Assembly: GCF_001194135.2 (NCBI RefSeq)
Contig: NC_068983.1
Location: forward strand, 134,491,879-134,555,878
Direction of reading: 5' to 3'
Length of the DNA: 64,000 bases
From: Octopus bimaculoides
Lineage: Eukaryota
The notes under the pieces are model-generated. The model was not told the origin of the DNA, did not search any database, and saw only the letters and a program-made list of their open reading frames with translations. Below are positions 25,700 to 39,029 of the stretch, piece after piece (position 1 is the stretch's first letter; each line of letters begins with the position of its first letter). Position numbers and translations under genes: made by a program.

Positions 25700-26350
25700 G
25701 GGCGAGTAAAAGAATGTAAATTAACTTTATAAATTTACGAAATATATTTCTTTGATTTTCAAATAACGTTAGAAACTGGAAATAATAAATTAGAAAATAA
25801 AATATTGTAAAATAATTTTTGTAAAATTTAACGAACCTAGTTACGGAATTTACCGAAGTCATCGAAAAACAGTTGCAACCTGATTTTTTTAGTTGATCGT
25901 AAACGATAGAGTATATCACCCACCTCGCAACTTACTACATCGAAATAATTTCTAATTCTTTTCTTGGTTTAGTTAGAATAATATCGATTAAATCAATAGT
26001 TACTTACAATTAAAAGAATATTTTTAAAAGATACATAATAAAATACTGAAATTCGCGTCGAAAATTACGTTTTGAATCATCCAATTAGATCATGTCTTTT
26101 ATCGTTAGCAGCCAGTGATTCCCGGCTTCTTCCGCAATCTCACAGCATTAAAATTACTTTTGTTTTTATAGTTGTTGCAAAATTGTTTGTTCGTTCCGTC
26201 TTTCGAATTTGTAAGCATATAAATATTTTACATTTCTAAATATAAACAGATATTATAATGAAATTATATCCTATCATTTTTAGATGGTAATATATTGTTA
26301 AATGGTGACGTAAATTAAAACTCCGCTATTCACACACGTGCGTGTGTGTG
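25700..26350. promoter_or_regulatory. Probable transportin promoter / 5' UTR region
   Basis: Repeat-free, CpG-retaining stretch just upstream of the ATG; CTTCCG/CGGAAG ETS-like core near 26118; GTAAGT donor-like sites on the minus strand at 25935 and 26007. The transcription start cannot be located from sequence alone. Confidence 0.45.
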
Positions 26351-27682
26351 TATATGTACTCAAGTACTCGTTCCAGCCAGATTATTCTTACCGTGCAGAC
26401 AGCGCGCGCACACACGTCTGAGTATGTATATACAGAGAGATATATATATACTTAGTATTTTTATAGATATGGAAATGTGTATACATATAAATATATATAT
26501 GTATACACGCAATTTATTTGTATATGTCATTATTTAACAACCATCTTCCGTGCTTGCATATGTGAAGCAGTTTGACTAAGTCTGACGAGTACATCGTTTG
26601 CAAATCTCTACAGCTGGATGCCCTTCCAAACACCAACCTCTTTGCAGCATCTACTGGGTGCTTTTTTTTTTGTGGCGCCATTACGTCAGGTCCCATGCAG
26701 CTCACAAGACTAAGATCCCCTTCAATTGAATAGGGCTACTGTTGAGAGGAAGGCAGCTTTATGCTAGATGATGAAGAATTAAAGTATGAGAGTAGGAACC
26801 AGAACAGAACAAGTTTCTTGTTGTAGGGGAGTTGCATGACTTCTTACATTATAGAATAGAGGGTAAGCGTGTCCAAGTTGGAGCTGGAAAGAGATAATTG
26901 GGATGGACCACCACCAACGCAAGGTATGAGAGAGTGAATGGGTGGATAGAGGTCACAAGAGATGTGTGATGTTTAGGGATGGGGAATGGGTGAGGAAGTG
27001 GAGAATGGGTGGGGGAGTGGTGAGTGATAATAAGCTAGAAAGAGTAGTGACAACAGTAGAGACTGGGTCATGTTGAGGGGTGAATGTAGTGACTGGGGGA
27101 AGGTGTTGACCTATGGGACATATGAGTTGGGAGAGTAGGAGATGATTAAGTGCAGGAAAAAATGGAGTGAAGAGCAGCAGAGTAGTAATTATATAGTAGA
27201 AAAGAGAAGGGTGAGTGCAGACGAAAGAAAGAGAGAGAGATAATAAATGACGTGAAGTGAGAGACTGGCATAGTACATGGGGAGAGTAAGTGATGTGTGG
27301 CAAGGGAGAAATGGAGATAATTTATTGACTTGTCCATGTGAAATGTGGGTGGAGAGGACAGTAGGAATGAAAGATGAATATCAAGTGAAATGGTTCCAGA
27401 TAAGCAGTATCAGGGAAAAGGTGCTGAAGTATTCTGCTCACATTTCATTACAGCAGCAAAATACAGTATTCAAAGAGATAACAGGAGCTGGGGATGTCTT
27501 GAGAAGGAGACTGGGCAAGGGGGCCCATTTGTGCATATATGTGTGCATGTGTTTATTTTAAAAAACAATTTTACATTAATCTGATTACACTATACTTTTG
27601 TAGAGTACAAATTTATTATTCTTAAAGAAGAATATTATTGACAATGACATTGAAGTTTTAGCCAATTAAGCCATTGTCAGAC

Positions 27683-27733
<51 letters not shown>

Positions 27734-28279
27734 GAATCTATCTATCTATCTTTCTATCTCTCTCACACACACACAGAGTGTGTACTATTATAATTCTACT
27801 CACAATTTTCCTCAACAATGTCTTAATTTTCTCACACACAATGCTCTGCATTTCAGACTACCTAATGTCTCTGATCTTCATGTCTAAGAACATTGGCAAA
27901 TGTCTTACACTTAGCTTCCTCCTTTACTATATCAATCTGGTGTCTGGCTTCTCTTGTGGTTTGGTATTTCTCTTTGCTATTTCCTTTCAGCTGCTCTTTC
28001 CAAATCAGAATCTTGGCTTTTAGGGATCTATCTATAGAGCTATTCCACCAAGATTGCTTTCTTTTGCCCCAGCCTCAGGTTTGGTCTATCTCCCTCATTA
28101 GGTTATTCCATAGAAATTCCCAACTGTCCTCTACATTATTATTTTCTATCTGCTCCTCTATCTTGTTATATGCACCTATTACTGCCTCTAAACCTATGGC
28201 TTGTTTGCATTTTCAACTTTCATGTCCTCTTTCTCCAAATTGTATTTTGTCTCTGTGTCTGATTTGCTCTTAGTTTGAA

Positions 28280-28501
28280 CCCTTTTGTTACCGTATTTAT
28301 TTTGAGATGCTCTGTGTTTCTTTCAATTAATTTTAAATATAACAAAGAATTTAATAAAATGACTTAGTTACCATTAAGCTGGTGTTAGGAACATAAATTG
28401 TGACTAAGGTTTGGTGGAAGATTTTAATTTGAAACTTATGAAAACAAGACATTTGTACTACAGAGCCAGAGGCAGTTTCAGCCGGGTTGGTATCGAAAGG
28501 G
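28280..28501. mobile_element. piggyBac-like MITE, family A
   Basis: Starts CCCTTTTGTTACC after TGAA (decayed TTAA) and ends GGTATCGAAAGGG before TTAA (28502-28505). Confidence 0.65.
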
Positions 28502-29174
28502 TTAAGTCACTAACCATATCATCATTGTCATCATGATTTACCATCCACTTTCCATGTGAGTTGAATGTATCAACAGTATCCAGTGAATCAGAGAATCCTA
28601 CTGGACTCTCATGCTCCACTGTCTGTTTTTGAATGGTTTCTATGGCTTGATGCCCTTCCTAACACCAACCACTTTACAGTGTACATTGGGTGCTTTTTTC
28701 ATGACACCAGCACTAGTCAGGTCACCTTGCAACTTACAAGACTAAATGGTCTGTAGGGGCCTCTATAACTGAGTGTATGTGATGTTTCTAGACAAAGTGA
28801 TGCGAGAGGGTAAAGTATGATGAGAGGAACAGACTTATAGTTGTGACAGTGTTGTAGTGAATAGAATAAGAACGTAGATGCTGCTATTATAAATCACTTT
28901 TATTTAAAATTAGACTTATTTTACTTTTTCTTTTTGATGCTTGTCTTGCAACATACCATGGAAAACTGTATCTTCTCTATGAGAAACAGACACTAATCAT
29001 AAGTAAAGAGATAGAGAGATGGTGACAGAACAATAAACTGAAAATCAGAAAGAAAAGGGAAACAAACTAGTGGGCTCCCTATGGTAGATAAAATAAGGTG
29101 TGTTGAATATTATAGAGTAAACTGAAACATCATTATAGTAGATAAATATGTTCATATGATGGAAAACTCTTTAA

Positions 29175-29392
29175 TCATTTAGCATTTAAACAGGCCATAT
29201 CTGGTCTAAAGATTTTATCTGTTTTATATTCAAAATGGCCAGATCTGGCCTGACACTTTCTCAACAATGTCGTTCTAAAAATTAGCAATCACATCATTGA
29301 AATCTCATAGCTATGAGATAAGGCATAGTTAATTCAAAACAATGTGAATAAATAAGCATTACAGTTGACAGATTAATCTGAATGCTAAAGGG
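29175..29392. mobile_element. piggyBac-like MITE, family B
   Basis: TTAA at 29171-29174 and 29393-29396; right end AATGCTAAAGGG; a 3' half-copy also lies at about 60835-60923. Confidence 0.65.
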
Positions 29393-31234
29393 TTAAATCA
29401 ATTGTAGTTGAATCAATTAAGGTCACCCACCAGGGAAATAGCAAGAAGAGGGGATGCAGATGTAGCAGAGCACAAAATTTCCCTGGGGTCTGTCATATTG
29501 TTAATCAAGATGGAGGCATAAAAATTGTCTTTGTGTCTAGGCACTGAGAAACCTTGCTATACCATTATCACTCACTAATGGAATGGACAACATTTTACAT
29601 CTTCTCAGTGCTATGCAATGTCTATAACTTTAATAATTAAAGTTGTTGACACAATTCACATAGCAGCTAGTATAATTAGCACCATATAATTGGGACTGCA
29701 TCATTGATGAGTGTTTAATTAAAGCACATAGTTCAAACCCTATCAGAGACATAGCAGGGAGAGAGAAATGTTTTGACAGACTGAGTTGCACTATCAATCT
29801 ACATGAAGGCAAAGTCTTCAGAGCTGCTCCTGTTATGTATGTGTTTCAGTGACATTAATACATTTCAAATATTTAATTTACTTGAAATAAATGAATTAAA
29901 TAATTTCTTCTCCTGAGCAGCACAGCCCACTGGTGATTTCTTTATAAATATGTAGAGAAACATAGACCGAAAAATGAGAATTATGTGATATGAAGCATGG
30001 TAGCGAAGGTAGAAATATAAATCATGTAATAAAAATTATATAGATGTGGGTTTGTGTCCTATGACCAGCCTTCAACTTTTTCTCAACCCAATATTTACAT
30101 ACTATTATTTAAAGTTTTATATGCACTTTGCAGTCCAGTTTGAGAAACAAATTATTTATTTTATTTTTTTGATATTTTATATTGCAGTTTAGGTACAGTA
30201 GTATTAGTGGTCACTATCATCCAACAGGCTAGTCACTGGTTCACTGAATTTTTTACAGAGACAGTAACAAAGGAGTGTCACTAGCCTTTTGGAATTTACA
30301 TCAATGTTTATATCCTTTGCTGATATACATCTGTGAAAGGTAAAAAGAAAAAGAACCACACGTGTGTACGCACGCACACACACACACACACACACACATA
30401 ATATGTATACATACACAGACACACATACATAAATAATAGGTGCAGACATGGCTGTGTGTTTAAAAAGCTCACTTTGGTAATCTAAGCCTGAACAAGCTTG
30501 GTTTCTATAAGAAGCCTTGCAAAACTTTAAGTCACATAGAGTCAAATCAACTGATTTAAATAATAATATATGTAAATGCTTCAAAAAGTGTTGAGTGCCT
30601 TTTTCTTTTATTTGTCCATTCAGTCATATAAGTACCAGACTTTAAAAAAATGTAAGTACTGCTGTTGATTTATTCCACTAAAGCCCTTCAAGGTGATACT
30701 CTAGCATGGCCACAGTCCAATGATAGAAACGACTGAAATATAAACATGTGTCTCTAAGGTGGCTGGTATAAGGAAGGGCATCCAGCTGTAAAAAGCCCTG
30801 CCAAAACAGTGAAGCCTGATGCAGGCCTCTGCCTAGTCAGCCCCTGTCTAACCATCCAACTCACGCCAGCATGGAAAATGGATGTTAAATGACGATGATG
30901 ATATATATAAAACAGGTATAGACATAGATATGATTAAAATGTTCACATTGCTACCAAGTGATATCAGATTCAGTCCCATGCATGATGCAATGGATAAGTG
31001 TTTCCTACTACAGTCCTGGACTGGACTGTCCAATGCCTTATGAGTGAATTTGGTAGACAGAAACTGTAGGAAGTTTGTTGTATGTGTGTATGGATAATGA
31101 TATTCCGCCCATGTCAACATCTCAGAAAAATGATGATGATGATGTTTACAATCCTTGTTGGCATTCTAAGTTTTATATTCTTAATTTCACACATGCACAT
31201 TATTTGTTTTTGATTTTGTCGACTACACAGTATA

Positions 31235-32022
31235 GTAGGGTCAGCTGGGCACCATCTGTGAGAAAAACAGCATCATGACACAATTCACTCTACCAGAAAT
31301 TTGGAAATGACATGCTGTATTGCTTGGCATTCATGCCAGAAACTCTGGTACAAACATTTCAGTGTCTGGGTGTCAGTCTGAGGACTGTGCAATCTGAGGA
31401 CATGTACCAAAAGTGATAAAAGTCAAACATCCAGTCAATATCATTGTATGTGGAGTAATCACTAGTGACGGCGACGTTATGCCTCCATTCATCTTCGCAC
31501 ACGGCCTCAGACTCAATACAGCCTACATCAAGTATCTGGAGGAGATAGTGCTGCGCTAAGTCAAGAGGGTGACTGCTGGAAGACCCTATGTCTGGCAACA
31601 GGACTCTGCACCATGCTACACAAGCAGGAGAACCCACATCATGGCTGTCAGACTATTTCTGTGATCACATCACCCCTAACATCTGGCCACCTGACTCCCC
31701 AGACTGCAACCCCCTTGATTATTATGTGTGAGACGCAGTTGAGTGAGAGACCAACAAAACTCCTTGTAACACCAAAGAGGAACTGAAGGCAAGGATTATG
31801 GCAGCATTCAACAACTTAAACAAGGAGACCGTCCAGAAGAGTTGCAGATTTCAAAGTCATCTGGAGGCCATGGTTGAAGCTAATGACAATTTCATTGAAT
31901 AAATTTAGTCTGTAGTATTTCAAGATATTTTTATGTAATTTTGGTAAATATATCTGTTATAATGAGATGTTGGTGTTATTTTCATTTTTGCGTAATTTAG
32001 ACAGTTTATTCACTGCACCCTG
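31235..32022 (+). mobile_element. Internally deleted, decayed Tc1/mariner-superfamily DD37D (maT-type) transposon
   Basis: Reads YVWQQDSAP...WPPDSPDCNPLDYYV with 37 residues between the two Asp codons (31602 and 31717) after removing a 1-nt insertion. An N-terminal HTH remnant LGVSLRTVQ is present. The right end is ...CACTGCACCCTG followed by TA (32023-32024); the left TIR is not recognisable. Confidence 0.8.
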
Positions 32023-33961
32023 TATATGTCATCATCATCATTTAACGTCTATTTTACAGGCTGTCATATATATGTGTGTGTGTATATATATAACTACAAA
32101 ATACTACTGTAACTTGCCATTGAGGGTAACTTGCTGTCAACACATACTATGGTTTCATAAATGGTTTTTATGTACTTCTGTATCATATGCAAGCAGATAC
32201 CTCTCATCCTCGTCTCAGAATGTAATAGCTGGAGGGAGAGAGGGCTGCACCAGTGCTTAGACTTACACTTTATACACTTTATTTATGCCATTGAACTAAT
32301 GAAAAGTAAAGTTGACTTCAGTAAGATTTGAACTCAGATCACAGAAAGCCAGAATAAATATCTGCCAGTTGACTGTCACACACACACGTCCACATGTACA
32401 TATAAATATATATAGACACACATGCACATGTACATACCTACACCCACACATACACATATATATTTGACTGTAAGTTTGCTTCTCTGAAAATCAGTTGATT
32501 ACTCAACAACTCATTATTTCATTCTCTTTCAAGTATTGCCTGATGAGAGCAAGAACTGCATAATGTGTTGCATAATCTAAAACATTGTATAATACTTACA
32601 TTAAAATCAAGATTTTAGTAAAACAATTGTTGCAAAATTTAAAATCCATTCATTTGTTCATATATTATTATTTCATGACACACTAAATGTTTTACTATTC
32701 ATTGAATAACTTGAAAACGACTGGAATTGTGAATTACCCAACAACAGTGTTTGATCTTCATTGATGCCTTCTGTGTTTGCTGTGCATAATTCTGTCAAGA
32801 CAATCAGTGATGTGCTATATGCTGATGTGCACATACACATATATACACCCATCCATCCATCATCATCATCGTTTAATGTCTACTTTCCATACTGGAATGG
32901 GTTGAATGGTTTGACATGGAGCTGGCTAGCAGGGACCTGCCCAGATCCCAGCTGTATGCTGAGGCATGGTTTTTATAGCTGGATGCCCTTTCTAATGCAA
33001 ACCACTTAATGGAGTGTGCTGGGTGCTTCTTACATGCCACTGAGTGCTTTTTATGCAGCACTGGCACAGGTGAGTCAAAGTCACACATTCTCACATACAT
33101 ACATATACACGTACACACGCCTTCGATTTGGGATCACCAATACTTTATTGTCTCCCCTTCTTTCAACCTCTCCTGTCAAACTTTTTTTTTTCCTGACCAG
33201 TCACCATGTTTGACTGCTAAATCCACTTGTTTTTTTTAATCTCTCTCTCTGTTTATTTTCTCTTATTCGCTTCTGTTGAAGAGCATAGGCTTGAAACGTA
33301 AAAGACTTTTTCACTTCCTGAGTGTCGAACTAATACAGCTGCTTGTTGTTCATACACCTGTCTTTGTCTTTTGTTTTTCTGTAAATTTCAACTATATATA
33401 TATAGCCTAGACAAGAAGATACTTTCACACACACATATACACACAATAGACTTTTAGTTTCTGCCAACCAGGCTTTTGACAGCCTAAGGCTGTAGTAGAA
33501 GACATTTATCTAAAGTGCCTCACAACCATGCGTAAAACTCTCAGCTCTTGAGTCACTTTGTAACTTCTGCTGATTAAAATAATATATGTATATATATTAT
33601 TTAAGCTAAAAATGATCAATACTTAATTTCTTATTCCCTTGTCATTCATTTAACTTATTGCCTTTCTGTACTCAACTGATGCTTTTTTTCTGAAGCAGAC
33701 ATTTATTAAGTTCTAACAACAGGTTATTCATATTGCTATGCCTAAAATAATAATAATAATAAAACTAATAATAATAACATCTCAACATCTTAAAAAACGG
33801 CAGTAGCCCAACATGTCATGTATGTAAACAACAAAATGAAACCATTGATCATGTTGTCTCCATGTGCAGTCTTCTTCCACCTACAGAGTATTTCAACGGG
33901 CATGACAGAGCAGCACAGAATATTCACTGGGTAATTTGCAAAGACTTGGACCTGCCCCATG

Positions 33962-34361
33962 ATAAAAACTGGTGAGAACACAAACTACTGCCAGTGCTTG
34001 AAAATGACCACATTTCACACCTTTGGCACTTCACCGTTCAAACTGACAGAAAGATAGATGCAATTAGGCCAGACATTATATTGAAGGACTTCAGACAAAA
34101 ATCATGCCTCCTCATCGATATGGCTGTCCCAATTGACATAAATGTATCTGTCAAGACCTACCAAAAACTGAAATAGAAATTGGCAAAATGTGGAACCTGA
34201 AGACTAAAATGATACCTGTTGTCATAGGTGCCATAGGAATGATAGCAAAAGGGGCTGATTACTACCTAGCTCAGATACCAAGAAATCCCAAAATGGAAAA
34301 AATTCAAAAAATAGTGTTCATGGGAACTGCTCATATCCCATGTAAAATATTGCCTATGTAA
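33962..34361 (+). mobile_element. 3' fragment of a non-LTR retrotransposon with a restriction-like endonuclease (R4/Dong-like)
   Basis: WEHKLLPVLENDHISHLWHFTVQTDRKIDAIRPDIILKD..CLLIDMAVP...EIEIGKMWNLKTKMIPVVIGAIG: the PD..D restriction-like endonuclease motif, with a small deletion/frameshift. Confidence 0.8.
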
Positions 34362-34844
34362 TCCCCAAAGTATTTTAATCCATAGACAGTGTCAAAATAC
34401 TTTTAAATGTACATAACATCAAACACCTTTTACTGTGATCTTAGCATCAGACTATTATCTTATAAATAAATTATCTTTAAAACAAACTTCTAATTTACAT
34501 TTTCTGACAGACATTCTCTAGAACAATACTCTGTGCAAAACCAAATATATGGCACCCTAGTCATGACACCAACTTGAACTTCTAGCTTGTTGTCTCTTGA
34601 AGCCTCTGGATGAGACTTGGAGTCAACTTGTACAAATACAAAGCAAAAGCCAAACATATAATAATAATACCAAGTCTTATAATTCATGGAGAGTAACTCT
34701 GTGAGACCTTTGACAATGGGTTGCTGTCTGTTCTCACAGAATTAACCGGAGCAATTAAGATTGAGAGCTCTGAGAAGTAAAATATGATAATAAAGAAGAA
34801 GAAGATGATGATGGTAGTGGTGGTGGTGGATGATGATATAAACA

Positions 34845-34997
34845 TGGCTGTATGGTAAGGAGCTGGCTTTCCAGCTACATGGTTCCAGGTTCAGTCCCAC
34901 TGTGTAGTACCTTTCAGCAAGTGTTTTCTATTATAGCCATGAGACGACCAAAGATTTGTGAATGGATTTGGCAGATGGAAACTGAAGGAAGCCCATC

Positions 34998-35043
<46 letters not shown>

Positions 35044-35141
35044 TCATCATCATCATCATCGTTTAACGTCCGCTTTCCATGCTAGCATGGGTTGGACGAT
35101 TTGACTGAGGACTGGTGAAACCGGATGGCAACACCAGGCTC

Positions 35142-35186
<45 letters not shown>

Positions 35187-35402
35187 TTTATGTGTGTGTC
35201 TGTGTTTGTCCCCTGACCATCACATGACAACCGATGCTGGTGTGTTTATGTCACCGTAACTTAGTAGTTCAGCAAAAAAACTGATAGAATAAGTATTAGG
35301 ATTACAAAGAATAAGTTCTGGGGTCGATTTCTTTGACTGAAAAACCATTTAAGGCAGTACTCCAGCATGACCACAGTCAAATAACTGAAAAGAATAAAAG
35401 AA
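34845..35402 (+). mobile_element. tRNA-derived SINE with an internal microsatellite, interrupted by a second retroposon (about 35040-35140)
   Basis: A-box-like TGGCTGTATGG (34845) and B-box-like GGTTCAGTCCC (34888); tail ccagcatgaccacagtcaaataactgaaa. Related copies lie at about 1335-1475(-), 21255-21385(-), 33450-33530(-) and 39985-40350(+). Confidence 0.75.
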
Positions 35403-36404
35403 TGTGTATGTGTGTGTGTTTGTCTCCCCCTCCACTGCTTGACAACTTGTCTGCTTGTGTTTTTGTCCCTGTAACTTAGTGGTTCAGCAAAAAAGACTGA
35501 TAGAATAAGTACCAGACTTGAAAAAGAAGTACTGGAGTTGATTCATTCAACTTAAAATTCAAGGTGGTGCTCCAGCATGGCTGCAGTCTAATGACTGAAA
35601 CAAGTAAAAGATAAAAGATACACACACATAATGGGCTTCCAAAGAGTTTCTGTTGACCTAATTCTACTCACTAAGTATTGCTCAGCTCAAGGTACCATAC
35701 AGCCGAATCAAACCCAGAATGATGTGACAGAGAAATAAATTTCTTAAGCATACAGCCATGACTACAGAAATGTTTATTACTGTTTATCTTCTCTATAACC
35801 AATGCAGTACACATAGTTTATCCAAAAGAAACTGAAGATTTAAGTTAAAAAAATTTATTTCTTTATTCATGATTTAATCAGTTTGGCATGCTGTTCCAAA
35901 AATTCAATTTCTTTTAGGACAGACTGGGTATTTATTGATTTTATTTGACAAGATACAGTTTTATCAATTTTTTTTAATATGATTACTGTGCATTTATTAA
36001 GATAAACCACTGAATAAAAGCAATTTTATAGAGTTGGCTTTACTGATCAGTTGATTTAGGATTGAAATAAATGGAAATCAGCTGTTGGGGAGACTTACCC
36101 AACCTTGTAATTTCATTAATTTTATTTAAAGCTAATTTAACGAACCACCCAATACTTTTAACATTATACAGTTTTATAAAGTTAATATGCTGTCAGATGT
36201 AGCAATACCTTCCTGTCTAACTCATAAATAAACCAAACTGAATTTTAACTCTTTCATATCTAAATTTGCTTTCAATTATATTTTATTCTTCAGAAAGCTA
36301 GCACATGAAAAGAGGCTCAAATAAATTTTCAGGTGTATCTGAATTTAAATACAATTTTCTGTCGGTTATCTCAAAATTAAGCTAGTGGTAAGGTTTGTAA
36401 CAAA

Positions 36405-36662
<258 letters not shown>

Positions 36663-39029
36663 TATGCGACTTGCAGATTAGAAAGTGAAAGATAAAGTAT
36701 AAAGTCAAAAAGCTTTGTTGTTGAGTGATATATGAAGCATAGTACAAAATGTTAAGTGTAAAATTCCTATAGTCTGAAAGATGAGGGATTAATTAGAACT
36801 TTTATGACAAGTTCATTAACCTTTTTAATTTCAGGTTTGCATTTAGTATTTGAAATGTCACAGGTAGCCTAAAAGAGACCAAAGGCCTCAATTAATCCCT
36901 TTAAAATCAATTTGTTCTATTGCAATACTATAACATAAGTTACAGATTCTAGATTACAGATTCCAACAGATGTGAATGTGAAATAATCAAATTAACTGGC
37001 TAATTAGCACACCTTTCACTTTACTTTTCTTCTGTTTCAATTTTTAATTGCAGTTACTTTAGTAGACTTACATTATTAAAGTCCTTTAGAAATATATCAA
37101 TTTCACAGTGTTCTTTTTACTCTCTCAAATAAAATCAATATTTTAAACTGTTCTCTAATTTATAGTCTGACACCTAGATCAATAAATTGCATGTTGAATT
37201 TTAACTATATTTTCTGCTCACAATCAATAGTACTTTCTAAAAATGTAATCATAATGTATTGTTGTAATGGTTTTATTTTTTAATATGAAAAATTTCAAAA
37301 GAAAGTTGTCATTGAATATTACTAAAAAGAAATATCTATTATCTGAAGTGTACAGCCTGCATGTCTCAAATATTAATCTCATAGAAATTTAACCAAGTCC
37401 TGCATGATAAATTTAAAAGTAGAATCATTTTTGCATTGTTCTGTGTTAGGTTGAAAGACTTTTGATGTCTTGAATCGATGAGGTTGAATGGATTTAGACT
37501 TTCAAATAAATAAAATATTGTTTTGAAGGTCATGTTTATTAAATTATTAAATTTACTTAGTTTGATTGATCAGAGATCTCTAAAAGTTCAAACTAAGTAA
37601 TTTTATGCAAAAGTACTATTAACATCTTGTAAACAGTTGTATAATCTCATGTATTAGATTATCAGATCATAAGAAAGCGGTTGCCAGCATGCTTGATGCA
37701 GTGAGCCAAGAAATGTCAGTATTAGCTGAACTGTTGAGGTCTAATAAAGCTGAAACATGGAGCTGCCATTCTACTGCTAAAGATCCAACTCACTCTTCAC
37801 TGCATTCCTTATCAAATTTATTAAACATTTTAAAGTTGTTTTTTGTGCTATTTTATTGATTTATTTATTCTGATCAAAATTAATCATTTCAAGAATGATC
37901 GTTCCCATTGCTGAGTGTGTATTTTTCATGAATTTCTTGGCTCCTTTCATAAAATATACTAACACTCATTTTACTATCAAGTTTTCATGCAGCAGGTGTT
38001 CTTTGGCATTTTCCCCAGTTATTTTAAGTAGTACATTCAAATGTCTAGCCAGAGTATCATAACTTTCCATGTAACGTTCTACTTAGCTAAGACAATAACT
38101 ACAAGATCTTCTGGAAATGTCATAAAAAGTATATTATCTGAGAAAAACCATTTTATAATTTTTTTTTAATGGCTTAGACAAAGAAGAAAAGGAAGTATCA
38201 TTGACTCATTTTAGTGCCTCAAAGAAGAAAGTTATTTTCAGCTGGATATCTGGTCCAAATACTTGCAAAGAGTAGACTCCACTAAGACACCTAAAGGTTA
38301 AATGGTGATATTAAAACAGATGATAGATAAGGTCTACCAAAATATGTCATTCATTTGCTTAACACTACCAAAAATCAGGGTCAAGTACACACTCAATAAA
38401 TCATTGTAGTTTCAAACAGTTACTATAAGTACACGCCACCTGAATATTCGGTTAAAAGAAAAATAGTTATTGATCATGACTTTCATAAGTTATGCCAACC
38501 TCCTGTATAAGTTACAACAACAGCCATGTATGTTCTCTGTATAATAAACAATAAACATCTAGTCTCAGATGGGACTATTGTAGTGATGTAAAAATTCAAT
38601 GGAATACCATGTAGGCAGATTCCCAAGAATTCAGTTTGTGAAAACATATTTACATTGATGTCTACCAGTTATTAATATAATTGAAATAGTCAGTCTTGAT
38701 GTAGAAATAATACTGTTGAGTTACACCATATTTCTGGTAAATGTTTAGCAAACATGCCATATTATGCATCATTTAATTTCATAGAGTTCAAATTTGACAG
38801 ATCAACACCTCCAAATCATATAAGGGCTACACTTTTGCCTGTAAAGGAAACCAACAAGCACTTGAAACTTGTAAACATATCATTTCATGTCTTACTGAAA
38901 ATATATGGAATATAATCCCAATATTATTTTTATTGCAAGACTGTTTACAAGCACATTAACTAAACTTTCAGTTCCTCTACATATTGACATGGTCTGGGCG
39001 GATTCTTACTTTAAGCCTCTAGTTGACCA

